This document shows positions 47,931 to 56,974 of a stretch of 64,000 nucleotides of DNA, piece after piece. The notes under the pieces are model-generated. The model did no database searches and was not told the DNA's origin. It worked only from the letters and a program-made list of their open reading frames with translations. Location of the stretch: positions 2,640 through 66,639 of the forward strand of contig DATLSH010000079.1 of assembly GCA_035534235.1 (NCBI GenBank). Direction: 5' to 3'. Numbering within the stretch: the first letter of the stretch is position 1; each line of letters begins with the position of its first letter. The stretch is from Acidimicrobiales bacterium. Lineage in GTDB: Bacteria; Actinomycetota; Acidimicrobiia; Acidimicrobiales; RAAP-2. The position numbers and the translations under genes were made by a program.

Positions 47931-48415
47931 CTGCCGGCCTTCTTGGCGGCGGTGGCCTTCTTGGCGGCGGTGGCCTTCTTGGCCGCCGGCTTCTTGGCGG
48001 CGGTGGCCTTCTTGGCCGCCGGCTTCTTCCGGCCCACCGGCGCCACCCTCTGAGCCGCGCTGCGGGCCGCCTGGGCCGTCTTGGTCGCCTGCTTGGACAC
48101 ATCGGATGTGGCGGAACGACCGACTTCGGCCGAGCGCTTAAGGATGTCGGCCACCTGGTGGGCGATCGCCTCCAGGGAGGGCGCGTCAATCCTGTTCAGT
48201 TGCGACGACACCTCGCGGCGCACCAGCTCGAGCAGGTGCTCGCTCGACTTGCGGCTCTGCTCGACCAGATTGTCGACCCACTCCCTGGCCTGGCCCCGCT
48301 GGATATCTCCGGCGCCCGCCAGTTCCCGCACGATCTCCTCGGCCCGGGCTCTGGTGACCTTGTTGAACACGTTCCCTGCATCTAGGTACTTCTTGATTCG
48401 TTCATTGCTTGCCAT
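47927..48415 (-). CDS. conserved protein with Lys/Ala-rich (AKKA-repeat) histone-H1-like tail
   Basis: A helical N-domain (phasin-like by eye) is followed by KKPAAKKATAAKKPAAKKATAAKKATAAKKAGS. Confidence 0.6.
   Translation of the reverse strand: MASNERIKKYLDAGNVFNKVTRARAEEIVRELAGAGDIQRGQAREWVDNLVEQSRKSSEHLLELVRREVSSQLNRIDAPSLEAIAHQVADILKRSAEVGRSATSDVSKQATKTAQAARSAAQRVAPVGRKKPAAKKATAAKKPAAKKATAAKKATAAKKAGS
47936..48030. repeat. imperfect tandem DNA repeat (GGCCTTCTTGGCGGCGGT-type units) encoding the AKKA tail
   Basis: ggccttcttggcggcggt appears twice, followed by ggccttcttggccgccggcttcttggcggcggt and ggccttcttggccgccggcttcttcc. Confidence 0.7.
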
Positions 48416-48458
48416 GCAACAAGAGTATCTGAACTGCTAGCTGGAAGCAAGCACTACT

Positions 48459-49236
48459 TCATCCGTGGTCGAGGCTCGCTCGCACCAGCGCGGCCAGGTC
48501 CTCGGCCACCGTGGCCGGTTGAGGGTCCCGAGGGATGCCGTCGGCCTTCGTCACGCCGGAGAGCACCAGCGCGAAAGGGATGCCCAGCTGGGCCGCCAGG
48601 GCGCCGTCGGTGGACGGGCGGTCACCCACCACCACACGCAGTTCCCCGGCCGGGACGCGGACGCCGATGGCCTCGGCCGTGGGCCGGTGCGGCTTGCCGG
48701 CCACTTCGGGGGTGGCCTCCGCGGCGGTGGCCACCGCGGCCAGGAGGGCCCCGGCACCCGGGACCGGCCCGTCGGGGGTGGGCAGGGTCGGGTCCTGGTT
48801 GGTGCCGATGAGTCGGGCGCCGGCACGCACGGACCCTGCGGCCGCGTCCAGGGCCTCGAAGGTGAACGACTTGGTCCAGCCCACCACGACGGCATCGGCC
48901 GGGCCGGTGGTGACCAGGTGCACGCCACGGGCGGTCAAGGCCTCGCGTACCCCTTCTTCAGCCAGGACGTGGGCGGTCGATCCGGGGGCGAGCATGGAGG
49001 CGGCCACGTCGGCCGAGCTGAGAACGTCCCCGTCGTCCACGGTGATCCCGCAGTCGGCCATCCGGCGGTGCAGCTGGGACCGCGTGGGCGCAGAATTATT
49101 GGTGGCGAAGAGAACTCGGACCCCGGCTCCACGCAGCAGGGTGACCGCTTCCGCGGCGCCCGGGATCGGATGGCCGGTGAGCCAAATGACGCCATCGAGG
49201 TCGATGACCCACGTTCCCCCCGGCGGTGGTGGCCAC
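48459..49236 (-). CDS. HAD-IIA (NagD-like) phosphatase, apparent frameshift near the 5' end
   Basis: The track ORF starts at MADCGITV (49061). The same frame continues upstream through GGTWVIDLDGVIWLTGHPIPGAAEAVTLLRGAGVRVLFATNNS (HAD motif I DxDG) with no ATG/GTG/TTG. GTG 49236 (VATTAGG) is one frame off, across the G6 run at 49216-49221. Confidence 0.6.
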
Positions 49237-49252
49237 AGGGGCGGCGGGAGCT

Positions 49253-49366
49253 TCAGTGGCCCAACCCACCGCGGCTGGCCTTCTTCTCCTTCTTGGCGTC
49301 ACGCTTCTCCTTGAGGGACTTGCCGGGCTTCTTGCCGGCCGGCTTCTGCGGTGACTTCTCGGGCAT
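49253..49366 (-). CDS. small highly basic protein (37 aa), below the ORF-track size cut-off
   Basis: ATG 49366 is preceded by GAGAGGAG at about 7 nt. The product is MPEKSPQKPAGKKPGKSLKEKRDAKKEKKASRGGLGH. Confidence 0.45.
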   Translation of the reverse strand: MPEKSPQKPAGKKPGKSLKEKRDAKKEKKASRGGLGH

Positions 49367-49458
49367 TGGATGCTCCTCTCGGGTTGCTTGTGCTCATTCT
49401 GCCCGGTACTCCATCGGGCGCGGGTCGTGGGTCCGGAGAGACGCCTCGGCGCACCGCG

Positions 49459-50757
49459 TTAGCTCAAGGCGACGAGCAGGGTGGGGTCGGCCAGCGTCCG
49501 GGCGATGTCGGCCAGGAACCGCGACCCCTCCTCCCCGTCGACCAGCCGATGATCGAACGAAAGGCTCAGGGTGCACACCGATCGCAAGGCGACCTCGTCC
49601 CGGAACTCCCAGGGCTGCCGCCGCACGGCGCCGAAGCACAGGATCGCCGCCTCCCCGGGGTTGAGGATCGGCGTGCCGGAGTCGACGCCGAAGACACCGA
49701 TGTTGGTGATGGTGATGGTGCCACCACTCAGTTCCGCCGGTGTGCTCCGCCCGTCCCGAGCCGTCGCAGTCAGTGCGGCGAGCGACTCGGCCAGCTCTCG
49801 CAGGGAGAGCAGGTGGGCGTCCTTTATGTTGGGAACGATCAGTCCCCTCGGCGTCGCCGCCGCGATGCCCAAGTTCACATAGTGCTTGAGCACGATCTCC
49901 TGGGTGGCCTCGTCCCATGAGGTGTTCAGGCTCGGGTGCTCCCCCAGTGCGAGAAGCAGTGCCTTGGCCACCAGCAGGAGTGGCGTCACCCGCACGCCGG
50001 TGAACACGGCGGTCTCCCCGAGCCGTTGGACCATTTCCATGGTCGGTGTGACATCGACGGTGACGAACTCGGTCACGTGGGGTGCCGTGAAAGCACTGCG
50101 CACCACGGCATCCGCCGTGTGCTTGCGCACGCCACGGACCGGGACCCGGGTCTCTCTCATTCCCCCCTCGCCGTCAGCTCCCCGGCCGCGGTGCGGCCGC
50201 CCCGCGGCATCGGCAGGGGCGGTGGCGTGGGCCCGGACGTCCTCCCGGGTGACGACGCCGCCGGGACCGCTGCCCTGCAGATCGGCCAGGTCGACGTCCA
50301 GCTGCCGGGCCAGGAAGCGGACCGGTGGCTTGGCCAGCGGCGCCCGGGAGGCACCAGCGCCAGGCGGCGGATCGTCGGCGGCATGGCGGCGGGAGCGGCG
50401 ACGCCGGCTGGGAGGCGCCTCCGAAGGTCCGTACCCGACCAGCACCGCCACCTTGCCTTCGGCCGAATCCGCGGGAAGATCGGCGGGAGCTTCAGCGGGG
50501 GCGTCAGCGGGACCCTCCATCGCAATGGTGATCAGCGGACTCCCCACCACCATGGTGGTACCCGGGACGGCCTTGAGTTCGACCACCGTCCCCGCGAACG
50601 GTGACGGCAGCTCCACCACCGCCTTCTCCGTCTCGACTTCGGCGATGATCTGGTTGAGCTCGACGGTGTCGCCGACGCCCACGCGCCATTGCACGAGCTC
50701 CGCCTCGGTGAGGCCCTCACCCAGATCGGGGAGGAGGAATTCGCGTACCGTCGTCAT
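49459..50757 (-). CDS. 2-oxoacid dehydrogenase E2 (dihydrolipoamide acyltransferase)
   Basis: Lipoyl domain LPDLGEGLTEAELVQW...VETEKAVVELPSP, Ala/Pro linker, and catalytic SFDHRLVDG. Confidence 0.9.
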   Translation of the reverse strand: MTTVREFLLPDLGEGLTEAELVQWRVGVGDTVELNQIIAEVETEKAVVELPSPFAGTVVELKAVPGTTMVVGSPLITIAMEGPADAPAEAPADLPADSAEGKVAVLVGYGPSEAPPSRRRRSRRHAADDPPPGAGASRAPLAKPPVRFLARQLDVDLADLQGSGPGGVVTREDVRAHATAPADAAGRPHRGRGADGEGGMRETRVPVRGVRKHTADAVVRSAFTAPHVTEFVTVDVTPTMEMVQRLGETAVFTGVRVTPLLLVAKALLLALGEHPSLNTSWDEATQEIVLKHYVNLGIAAATPRGLIVPNIKDAHLLSLRELAESLAALTATARDGRSTPAELSGGTITITNIGVFGVDSGTPILNPGEAAILCFGAVRRQPWEFRDEVALRSVCTLSLSFDHRLVDGEEGSRFLADIARTLADPTLLVALS

Positions 50758-51734
50758 GTGGCGAGGGAGCGGTCCACCGCGTCAAGGATGCGGTCGGCGT
50801 CGGGCAGGAAGTACTGCTCCAGTTTCGCCGGTGGGTAGGGAACGGAGAAACCGCCGACCCGGAGAACGGGGGCCTCAAGGGAGAAGAAGCATCGTTCCGA
50901 AATGCGCGCCGCGATCTCCGCTCCCAGGCCGAGGAACACGGACGCCTCGTGGGCAACGACGAGACGCCCCGTCTTTCCCACCGAGGTGGCGAGGCAGTCG
51001 AAGTCGATGGGTGAGAGGGACCTCAGGTCGATCACTTCGAGAGACACGCCCTCCTCGGCCGCGGTGTGCGCCGCCGCCAGGGCGGTGGCCACCAGCGGGC
51101 CGTAGGTGGCAATGGTGACCTCGGTCCCCTCCTTGACGATCCGGGCCCCGTACATCGGAGTACTCCCGAGGGATGCTTCTTCGTCGACCTCTCCCTTCTC
51201 CCAGTAGCGACGCTTGGGCTCCAGGAAGATCACCGGGTCGTCCGAGGCGATGGCCTGCTGAATCATGAGATGACCGTCCGCCGCATTGCTGCAGGTCACC
51301 ACCCGGAGGCCGGCCGTGTGGGCGAAATAGGCCTCCGGCGATTCGGAGTGGTGCTCCACGGCACCGATACCGCCCCCGTAGGGGATCCGGATGGTCACCG
51401 GCATGATCACGGCACCCTTGGTCCGGTTGTGCAGCTTCGCCACCTGGGAGACGATCTGATCAAAGGCCGGATAGGCGAAGCCGTCGAATTGGATCTCACA
51501 GACCGGGCGGTACCCTCGTATGGCCAGGCCCACCGCGGTTCCGATGATGCCGGACTCCGCCAGGGGGGTGTCGATGACCCGATGCTCGCCGAAATCTTTC
51601 TGGAGCCCCTCGGTCACCCGGAAGACGCCACCGAGCTTTCCGATGTCCTCCCCCATGAGGACCACCTTCGGGTCACGCTCCATGGCGCATCGCAGTCCGG
51701 CATTGATCGCCCTGCCGAGGGCCATGGTCGCCAC
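50754..51734 (-). CDS. 2-oxoacid dehydrogenase E1 beta subunit
   Basis: TMALGRAINAGLRCAMERDPKVVLMGEDIGKLGGVFRVTEGLQKDFGEHRVIDTPLAE. The GTG start overlaps the E1-alpha stop. Confidence 0.9.
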   Translation of the reverse strand: MATMALGRAINAGLRCAMERDPKVVLMGEDIGKLGGVFRVTEGLQKDFGEHRVIDTPLAESGIIGTAVGLAIRGYRPVCEIQFDGFAYPAFDQIVSQVAKLHNRTKGAVIMPVTIRIPYGGGIGAVEHHSESPEAYFAHTAGLRVVTCSNAADGHLMIQQAIASDDPVIFLEPKRRYWEKGEVDEEASLGSTPMYGARIVKEGTEVTIATYGPLVATALAAAHTAAEEGVSLEVIDLRSLSPIDFDCLATSVGKTGRLVVAHEASVFLGLGAEIAARISERCFFSLEAPVLRVGGFSVPYPPAKLEQYFLPDADRILDAVDRSLAT

Positions 51735-52867
51735 TAGAGCACCTCCTCCAGCCCGGCCAGGTATTCGGTGTACTGCTGGCGCTCTTCGGCGATGAGGGGG
51801 TGCGGCTCCGCATAGACCTCCTCGAAGAGGGTCATCGCGAGCGGCTCGACGGTACTGAGGCACCCGGCCCGGAGCGCGGAGGCCGTCTCATCCGCCGCCG
51901 CCTCCACCTGCCTCAGGTAGGGGTCGTCCAGGAGCCCTTCGGCCTGGAGGAGCGCGCGCACCCGGGCCAGCGGGTCCTTGGCCTTCCAGGCGTCCTCCTC
52001 GGCCGGTGCCCGGTACCGGGTGGGATCATCGGATGTCGTGTGCGGGCCCATGCGGAAGGTGACGGCCTCAATCAGGGTCGGTCCCTCACCGTCGTAGGCC
52101 CGGGCCAGCGCGTAACGGGTGACGGCGTACACGGCCAGGACGTCGTTCCCGTCGACCCGAATGCCGGGGACACCGAAACCTTCACCGCGTCGGGCAATCG
52201 AGAGGTGGGCCTGGAGCCGCACCGGTTCGGAGATGGCCCACTGGTTGTTCTGGCAGAAGAAGACCACAGGAGCCTGAAAGCTGGCCGCGAAGCAGAACGC
52301 CTCCGAAAGATCACCTTCACTGGTGGCTCCGTCACCGAAGTAGGCGATGGCGGCGGAGTTCGCCCCGTCGTGCTGGATCCCCATGGCGTAACCCGCGGCG
52401 TGCAACGCCTGCGATCCCACGACGATGGCGGGAGTGGTGACACCGAACGCGTAGGGGTCCCAACCCGACTGCGTGGAGCCCCGCCAGAAGCGCATCATCA
52501 TCGTCGGCTCGACACCACGGCAGTAGGCCACACCGTGCTCGCGGTAGCTGGTGAAAGCGAAATCATCCGGCTGCAAGGCCCGGGCGGACCCGACCTGGGC
52601 TGCTTCCTGGCCCAGAAGCGGAGCCCAGAGGCCGAGCTGTCCCTGTCGCTGCAGCGCGGTCGCCTCGGCATCGATTCGGCGCACCACCACCAGGTCCCGG
52701 TAGAGGGATCGCAACTCCTCGGGCCCGATGTCCGCGACCAATTCGGAGAAGGGGGAGCCCGGGGTCCGGTGGCCCTCGGGGTCGATGAGCTGCACCAGGT
52801 CCGGCGACCCGGCGGACTCTGTCGCTCTGGGCGCGTCCACTTCGGACCTAGCCATCACGGTGGTCAT
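51734..52867 (-). CDS. 2-oxoacid dehydrogenase E1 alpha subunit (TPP-dependent)
   Basis: The TPP motif region reads YFGDGATSEGD...CQNNQWAIS. ATG 52867 follows GGAGGGGG. Confidence 0.9.
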   Translation of the reverse strand: MTTVMARSEVDAPRATESAGSPDLVQLIDPEGHRTPGSPFSELVADIGPEELRSLYRDLVVVRRIDAEATALQRQGQLGLWAPLLGQEAAQVGSARALQPDDFAFTSYREHGVAYCRGVEPTMMMRFWRGSTQSGWDPYAFGVTTPAIVVGSQALHAAGYAMGIQHDGANSAAIAYFGDGATSEGDLSEAFCFAASFQAPVVFFCQNNQWAISEPVRLQAHLSIARRGEGFGVPGIRVDGNDVLAVYAVTRYALARAYDGEGPTLIEAVTFRMGPHTTSDDPTRYRAPAEEDAWKAKDPLARVRALLQAEGLLDDPYLRQVEAAADETASALRAGCLSTVEPLAMTLFEEVYAEPHPLIAEERQQYTEYLAGLEEVL

Positions 52868-53114
52868 GATGCACCCCCTCCAGACCACGGAGCGTGATCG
52901 TCGTCATGTTCCCAAGGAGACCACATCACGCCTTTATGGAGCGGGAAATCAGTCCCTTGGTGCGAGGACACGCACGGCTTCCCGGCCGTGAGAGCTCCGA
53001 GCGCAACAAACACGCTGTGTGCGGCTTCGTTCGCGATGTACGCCCAGGGCGCCATCCGGGTCCAGCGCCCACCGCCCGGGGAGAGAGTATGGAGGCGTGG
53101 CGGACCCCTGTGAC

Positions 53115-54482
53115 ATGGAGGTGCCACCGCTTGAGGCCGGGAGCCTCCTCCCCTTCATAGGACGGGAACGCCTGGGCGCCCTCGCTGACGCGGCGGCACA
53201 GGCGCGTCACGCCCTCGGTGGTGCCACGGTGTGGAACATCAGCTCGACCGCAGCCGGCGGAGGCGTGGCAGAAATGCTGCCCCTCCTGGTCGGGTACGCC
53301 AGGGGGAGCGGAGTGGATGCCCGCTGGGTGGTCCTCGACTGCGATGAAGCGTTCTTCCAGATCACCAAGCGGCTGCACAACCGGCTCCACGGAGCCACCG
53401 GCGACGGAGGTGCCCTGGGTCGGACCGAATCCGTGAGCTATAGCGCCGTCATGGCGGCCAATGCCGCAGCGCTGACGGAACGCGTCCGCCGCGACGATGT
53501 CGCCGTCCTGCACGACCCCCAGGCCGCCGGACTGGCTGGCGCGCTGTCGGAGCTCGGGGTCCGGGTGATCTGGCGGTGCCACGTAGGGACCGAGAGGACG
53601 AACGGCTTCACCGACGAGGCCTGGGCCTTCCTGACACCCCAGCTGGAGGGAAGCCATGCCTTCGTCTTCTCCCACCGGGGCTTTGTCCCTCGGCACCTGG
53701 GTGGGAAGGACGTCTGGGTGATTCCTCCCTCCATCGATCCCCTCTCCCCGAAGAACCCGAAGCTTTCCGCTGCCACCGTGCGCGCATTGCTGGGACGCAT
53801 CGACCTGGCGCCCGGACCCGATGGCGCAGGCACCATGGGCTCCGCGTCGACAAGAGGTGCGGGGCTGGTGGCCTCGCAGGAAAGGCTGGTCGTCCAGGTG
53901 TCGCGCTGGGACCGATTGAAGGACATGCAAGGGGTGCTGGAAGGCTTCGCCGACCGGATGGCGGGCCGGTCGGATTGCCGGCTGGCCCTCGTCGGCCCCG
54001 CGGTCGCCGAGGTGTCCGATGACCCCGAAGGCGCAGCCGTGCTGGGCGAGTGTGTGGCCGCGTGGGAGTCGCTGCCGACACGGCAACGCGACGCTATTCG
54101 GCTGGTCACGTTGCCCATGGACGACCTTGAGCTCAATGCCCTGATGGTGAACGCGGTTCAGCGCCGGGCCGATGTGGTGGTGCAGAAGAGCCTTGAGGAG
54201 GGATTCGGCCTCACCGTGGCCGAGGCCATGTGGAAGTCCCGCCCGGTCGTGGCCTCTGCGGTGGGAGGCATCGTCGATCAGGTGGCGCCCGGCACGGGGG
54301 TTCTCTTGGCGGACCCGTCGGACCTCGTCGCCTTCGGCGATGCGCTGGCCGACCTGCTGGCGCGCTCGGACGAGTTGGCGGCCATGGGCCGCCGGGCCCG
54401 GCGCCGCATACGCTCTCACTTCCTGAGCGACCGCCATCTGGTCGACTACGCCCGCTTGCTCGTGCACGTGGCCGGCGTCTGA
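53115..54482 (+). CDS. GT4 glycosyltransferase, TreT-like (trehalose glycosyl-transferring synthase family pattern)
   Basis: VWNISSTAAGGGVAEMLPLLVGYARGSGVDARWVVLDCDEAFFQITKRLHNRLHG, and a C-terminal EGFGLTVAEAMWKSRPVV. Alternative start GTG 53019. Confidence 0.65.
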   Translation: MEVPPLEAGSLLPFIGRERLGALADAAAQARHALGGATVWNISSTAAGGGVAEMLPLLVGYARGSGVDARWVVLDCDEAFFQITKRLHNRLHGATGDGGALGRTESVSYSAVMAANAAALTERVRRDDVAVLHDPQAAGLAGALSELGVRVIWRCHVGTERTNGFTDEAWAFLTPQLEGSHAFVFSHRGFVPRHLGGKDVWVIPPSIDPLSPKNPKLSAATVRALLGRIDLAPGPDGAGTMGSASTRGAGLVASQERLVVQVSRWDRLKDMQGVLEGFADRMAGRSDCRLALVGPAVAEVSDDPEGAAVLGECVAAWESLPTRQRDAIRLVTLPMDDLELNALMVNAVQRRADVVVQKSLEEGFGLTVAEAMWKSRPVVASAVGGIVDQVAPGTGVLLADPSDLVAFGDALADLLARSDELAAMGRRARRRIRSHFLSDRHLVDYARLLVHVAGV

Positions 54483-54529
54483 CTCAATGCCCGGGCGCCG
54501 CGCCCGGTACCCGATTCGACCCATTTCGC

Positions 54530-55204
54530 TTACGGCAAGATCTCTTGGATTATGACCCGTCCGGTTATCTCATCCGGGTGGATGGCAATAATGGCGTGAC
54601 GGTCACCGCCGGCCCAGGGCTCGAGGTCGAGTGAGGCCAGTCGGAGCAATTCGTCGGGATCGTCAATGCGTCGGACCCGGCCGGTGACGAGCACACTCCA
54701 GCCCTCACTCATGGCATCGTCCACCTGATCGATCTCGAATCCGACCACGGGTTGGGCCTCAAGCTCCGCGGCGCCGATCACGGTGGTGCTGACGATGACG
54801 TCGCTCCCGGTGAATCTGAAGTTGACCGGATGTGCCTCCGGGCCTCTTTTCGACATGAAGGCAAGCCGGCCCACTCCCCCGGCACTCAAATGCGCCTCGC
54901 ATTGCGCGGGGGTGAGAGCTTCGAGCTGGGGGTGGCGCCCGGCCCTCCCCCGTCCAGGAGGCCGGTCCACACGCCCACCTTCCAAGGCATTGGGAGTCGT
55001 CTGCAGGGCCAGGGCCAGCAGGAACATCGTCCCGGCGCTCAGCCGGACCCCCGAACTCTGCTCGAAATAACCTAGGTACCCCGGGTCGATCCCGGCTCCG
55101 TGCGCGACCTCTTCAATGCTCAGGCCCAGCTCCATGCGGCGATGGGCGACTCTGCGGGACAAGTCGCCTTGGTGGGGAAGGTGGGGGTCTGCGGCTTGGG
55201 TCAT
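54530..55204 (-). CDS. XRE-type HTH fused to pyridoxamine 5'-phosphate oxidase-like (FMN/F420 split-barrel) domain
   Basis: RRMELGLSIEEVAHGAGIDPGYLGYFE is the HTH. GVGRLAFMSKRGPEAHPVNFRF...GWSVLVTGRV is the PPOX-like barrel. Confidence 0.7.
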   Translation of the reverse strand: MTQAADPHLPHQGDLSRRVAHRRMELGLSIEEVAHGAGIDPGYLGYFEQSSGVRLSAGTMFLLALALQTTPNALEGGRVDRPPGRGRAGRHPQLEALTPAQCEAHLSAGGVGRLAFMSKRGPEAHPVNFRFTGSDVIVSTTVIGAAELEAQPVVGFEIDQVDDAMSEGWSVLVTGRVRRIDDPDELLRLASLDLEPWAGGDRHAIIAIHPDEITGRVIIQEILP

Positions 55205-55269
55205 TGAGCCATTCTGATACTCCTATGGACTTGAATCCACACGGGACGCGGGAGCACCCGGCGGTCCTA

Positions 55270-55989
55270 TCAGATTGAGAACGACGTGTCCGGGTTGATC
55301 CACGGTCGACGGTCCACCGCGGCTCCGTCGTCTTGAAAGTAGTCCCAGTCAAGTTGCGGCGTTCGCCAGTCTCCATACATGCACTCAAGTTCTCGTTCGT
55401 GGTCGGCGTGCCGGAGCCAGGTCCGGCCGAGGAATTCGAAGGGCACGAGCTCTTGGTCAGGCAGTTGCGCTTCAATTTCGACGAGGTGATCCGGTGGCCA
55501 GCCGTACGCGTAATACCGCAGCATGCCGTCCACGGGCTCCATGACGAAGAAGTCGAAATTCGTGTTGTGCCGGCGGAAGGTCATCTCGGTCACTTGACCC
55601 TTGTTGTTCCGGAACTGCTGGTGTATCTGAAAACCCACTCGCCGCAGTTCGGGTGCTGCACGCAGGAGTCGCGGGAGGTCTTCTGCGAGCAGAGCGAAGT
55701 CGGCATCACGATCGTGGGCAAGCAACTTCCCCTCACGGGCCCAACCAAGCAGCATGCCCGACCAGACCCAGTACCGCCCGGCAAGCTCGGTATCGGCAAG
55801 CAGGTCGTGGAGTTCCAGAAGATCGCGCACGAGGTGGCCGACGAACAGCCGATTGCTCACGCGTTGAAGTGCTCGACCCAGCACCGGAAGCTCCAACAGG
55901 TGCCTGGCTCCCACCTTCCTTAGCCACTTCATCGGCCGTCGAAGAGAGAACACGAACGGCTTCCTCGCGTGGGTCCCTGCTACCGACAT
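55270..55989 (-). CDS. LicD family (phospho-headgroup) transferase
   Basis: YWVWSGMLLGWAREGKLLAHDRDADFAL resembles the LicD/fukutin G-x-LLG-x-R...D-x-D core. Confidence 0.65.
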   Translation of the reverse strand: MSVAGTHARKPFVFSLRRPMKWLRKVGARHLLELPVLGRALQRVSNRLFVGHLVRDLLELHDLLADTELAGRYWVWSGMLLGWAREGKLLAHDRDADFALLAEDLPRLLRAAPELRRVGFQIHQQFRNNKGQVTEMTFRRHNTNFDFFVMEPVDGMLRYYAYGWPPDHLVEIEAQLPDQELVPFEFLGRTWLRHADHERELECMYGDWRTPQLDWDYFQDDGAAVDRRPWINPDTSFSI

Positions 55990-56232
55990 GCTCCAGTTTC
56001 CCCCTGGGCCGGCCGACGATTGTCGCAGTAGCTATGCACAGCCACCCTTTGAGCTAGCTGTCGAATGTCGGACAAGTGTGGGTATTGCCGCGCGTCGCGC
56101 GTCGCAAGGAACACCGCTGCAGCCTACCCTCATGATTCAGGCCCGAGTGATGGCTCACTACCGATCCTTCCGAGAGTGTCGTGCACACAAGTCAACCGAC
56201 TGTTGCGAACCGAGCCGGCGTATGATCCTTGC

Positions 56233-56931
56233 ATGCCGAGTGCAGACCCAGAAGACTTCAGCGCGGTACCACGAAGTCACGCGTGGCATGAGGTGTGGGA
56301 CCGGCGCGATCCCGAGAAGCTCAAGTACGACGGCTACGAGACCGGATTGAACAGCGACGAGGATCTGGTGCGGTTGCGGACCGCCCAGGTGGCATTCATT
56401 TCCTCCACGCTCAACCTCGGCTCGGCTGATCATCTGCTAGATCTCGGCTGTGGGACCGGGGTGCTCACCCGACAGTTGGCACCTCTTGTGCGAAGGGTCA
56501 CGGCGGTCGATTACTCGCTTGACGCCGTCGCATTGGCGCGCGACACAATGAAATCATGCAGCACGGTCGAGCTGCACTGCTCAGACCTGGTGACGTTTGA
56601 CTTGGGCTCTGTACCGGTTACCAAGGCGGTTGCCGTTGGCTCCATGCATTACCTGGACAGTTACGCCGTGCTGCACACTCTCCTCACTAGCTTCACCCGC
56701 CGGGGGGTGCCCGTCCTTGTGATGGACCTGCCAGACCAAGCGTACGCGAGCGGGGCGAGGCGCGAGTACGACCAGTCGCGCTGGTCCCACCTGGCGGTTG
56801 ACACCGAGCGGATACGAGCCGACTTCCCGAGCAGCAGGGTGCACCGGGGGATGTTCCCTTGGTATGCCAACGACGCGATGCGCTTCTCCATCTTGATCTC
56901 GCCGAGCCCCAGCTTGACGACCAACTCTTGA
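56233..56931 (+). CDS. class I SAM-dependent methyltransferase
   Basis: LLDLGCGTGVLTRQLAPLVRRVTAVDYSLDAV (motif I plus acidic loop). The track ORF begins at 56065. ATG 56233 is chosen as the more compact start. Confidence 0.7.
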   Translation: MPSADPEDFSAVPRSHAWHEVWDRRDPEKLKYDGYETGLNSDEDLVRLRTAQVAFISSTLNLGSADHLLDLGCGTGVLTRQLAPLVRRVTAVDYSLDAVALARDTMKSCSTVELHCSDLVTFDLGSVPVTKAVAVGSMHYLDSYAVLHTLLTSFTRRGVPVLVMDLPDQAYASGARREYDQSRWSHLAVDTERIRADFPSSRVHRGMFPWYANDAMRFSILISPSPSLTTNS

Positions 56932-56974
56932 ACGCCTGATCCCACAGTGCCAGTGCACTCCGGAGCCCTCGGCC

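Noticed and set aside
47936-48030. Tandem repeats as a possible CRISPR or minisatellite locus
   Set aside because: The repeats are contiguous without spacers and lie in frame inside a coding region, encoding an AKKA low-complexity tail.
46948-48189. 413-aa minus-strand ORF rich in Arg/Pro
   Set aside because: It is out of frame with nadK, tlyA and the AKKA-tail gene, which all have real family signatures. The product is Pro/Arg low-complexity sequence.
52926-54524. 532-aa minus-strand ORF
   Set aside because: It lies opposite the TreT-like GT4 gene. It has no recognisable motifs and a shadow-ORF composition.
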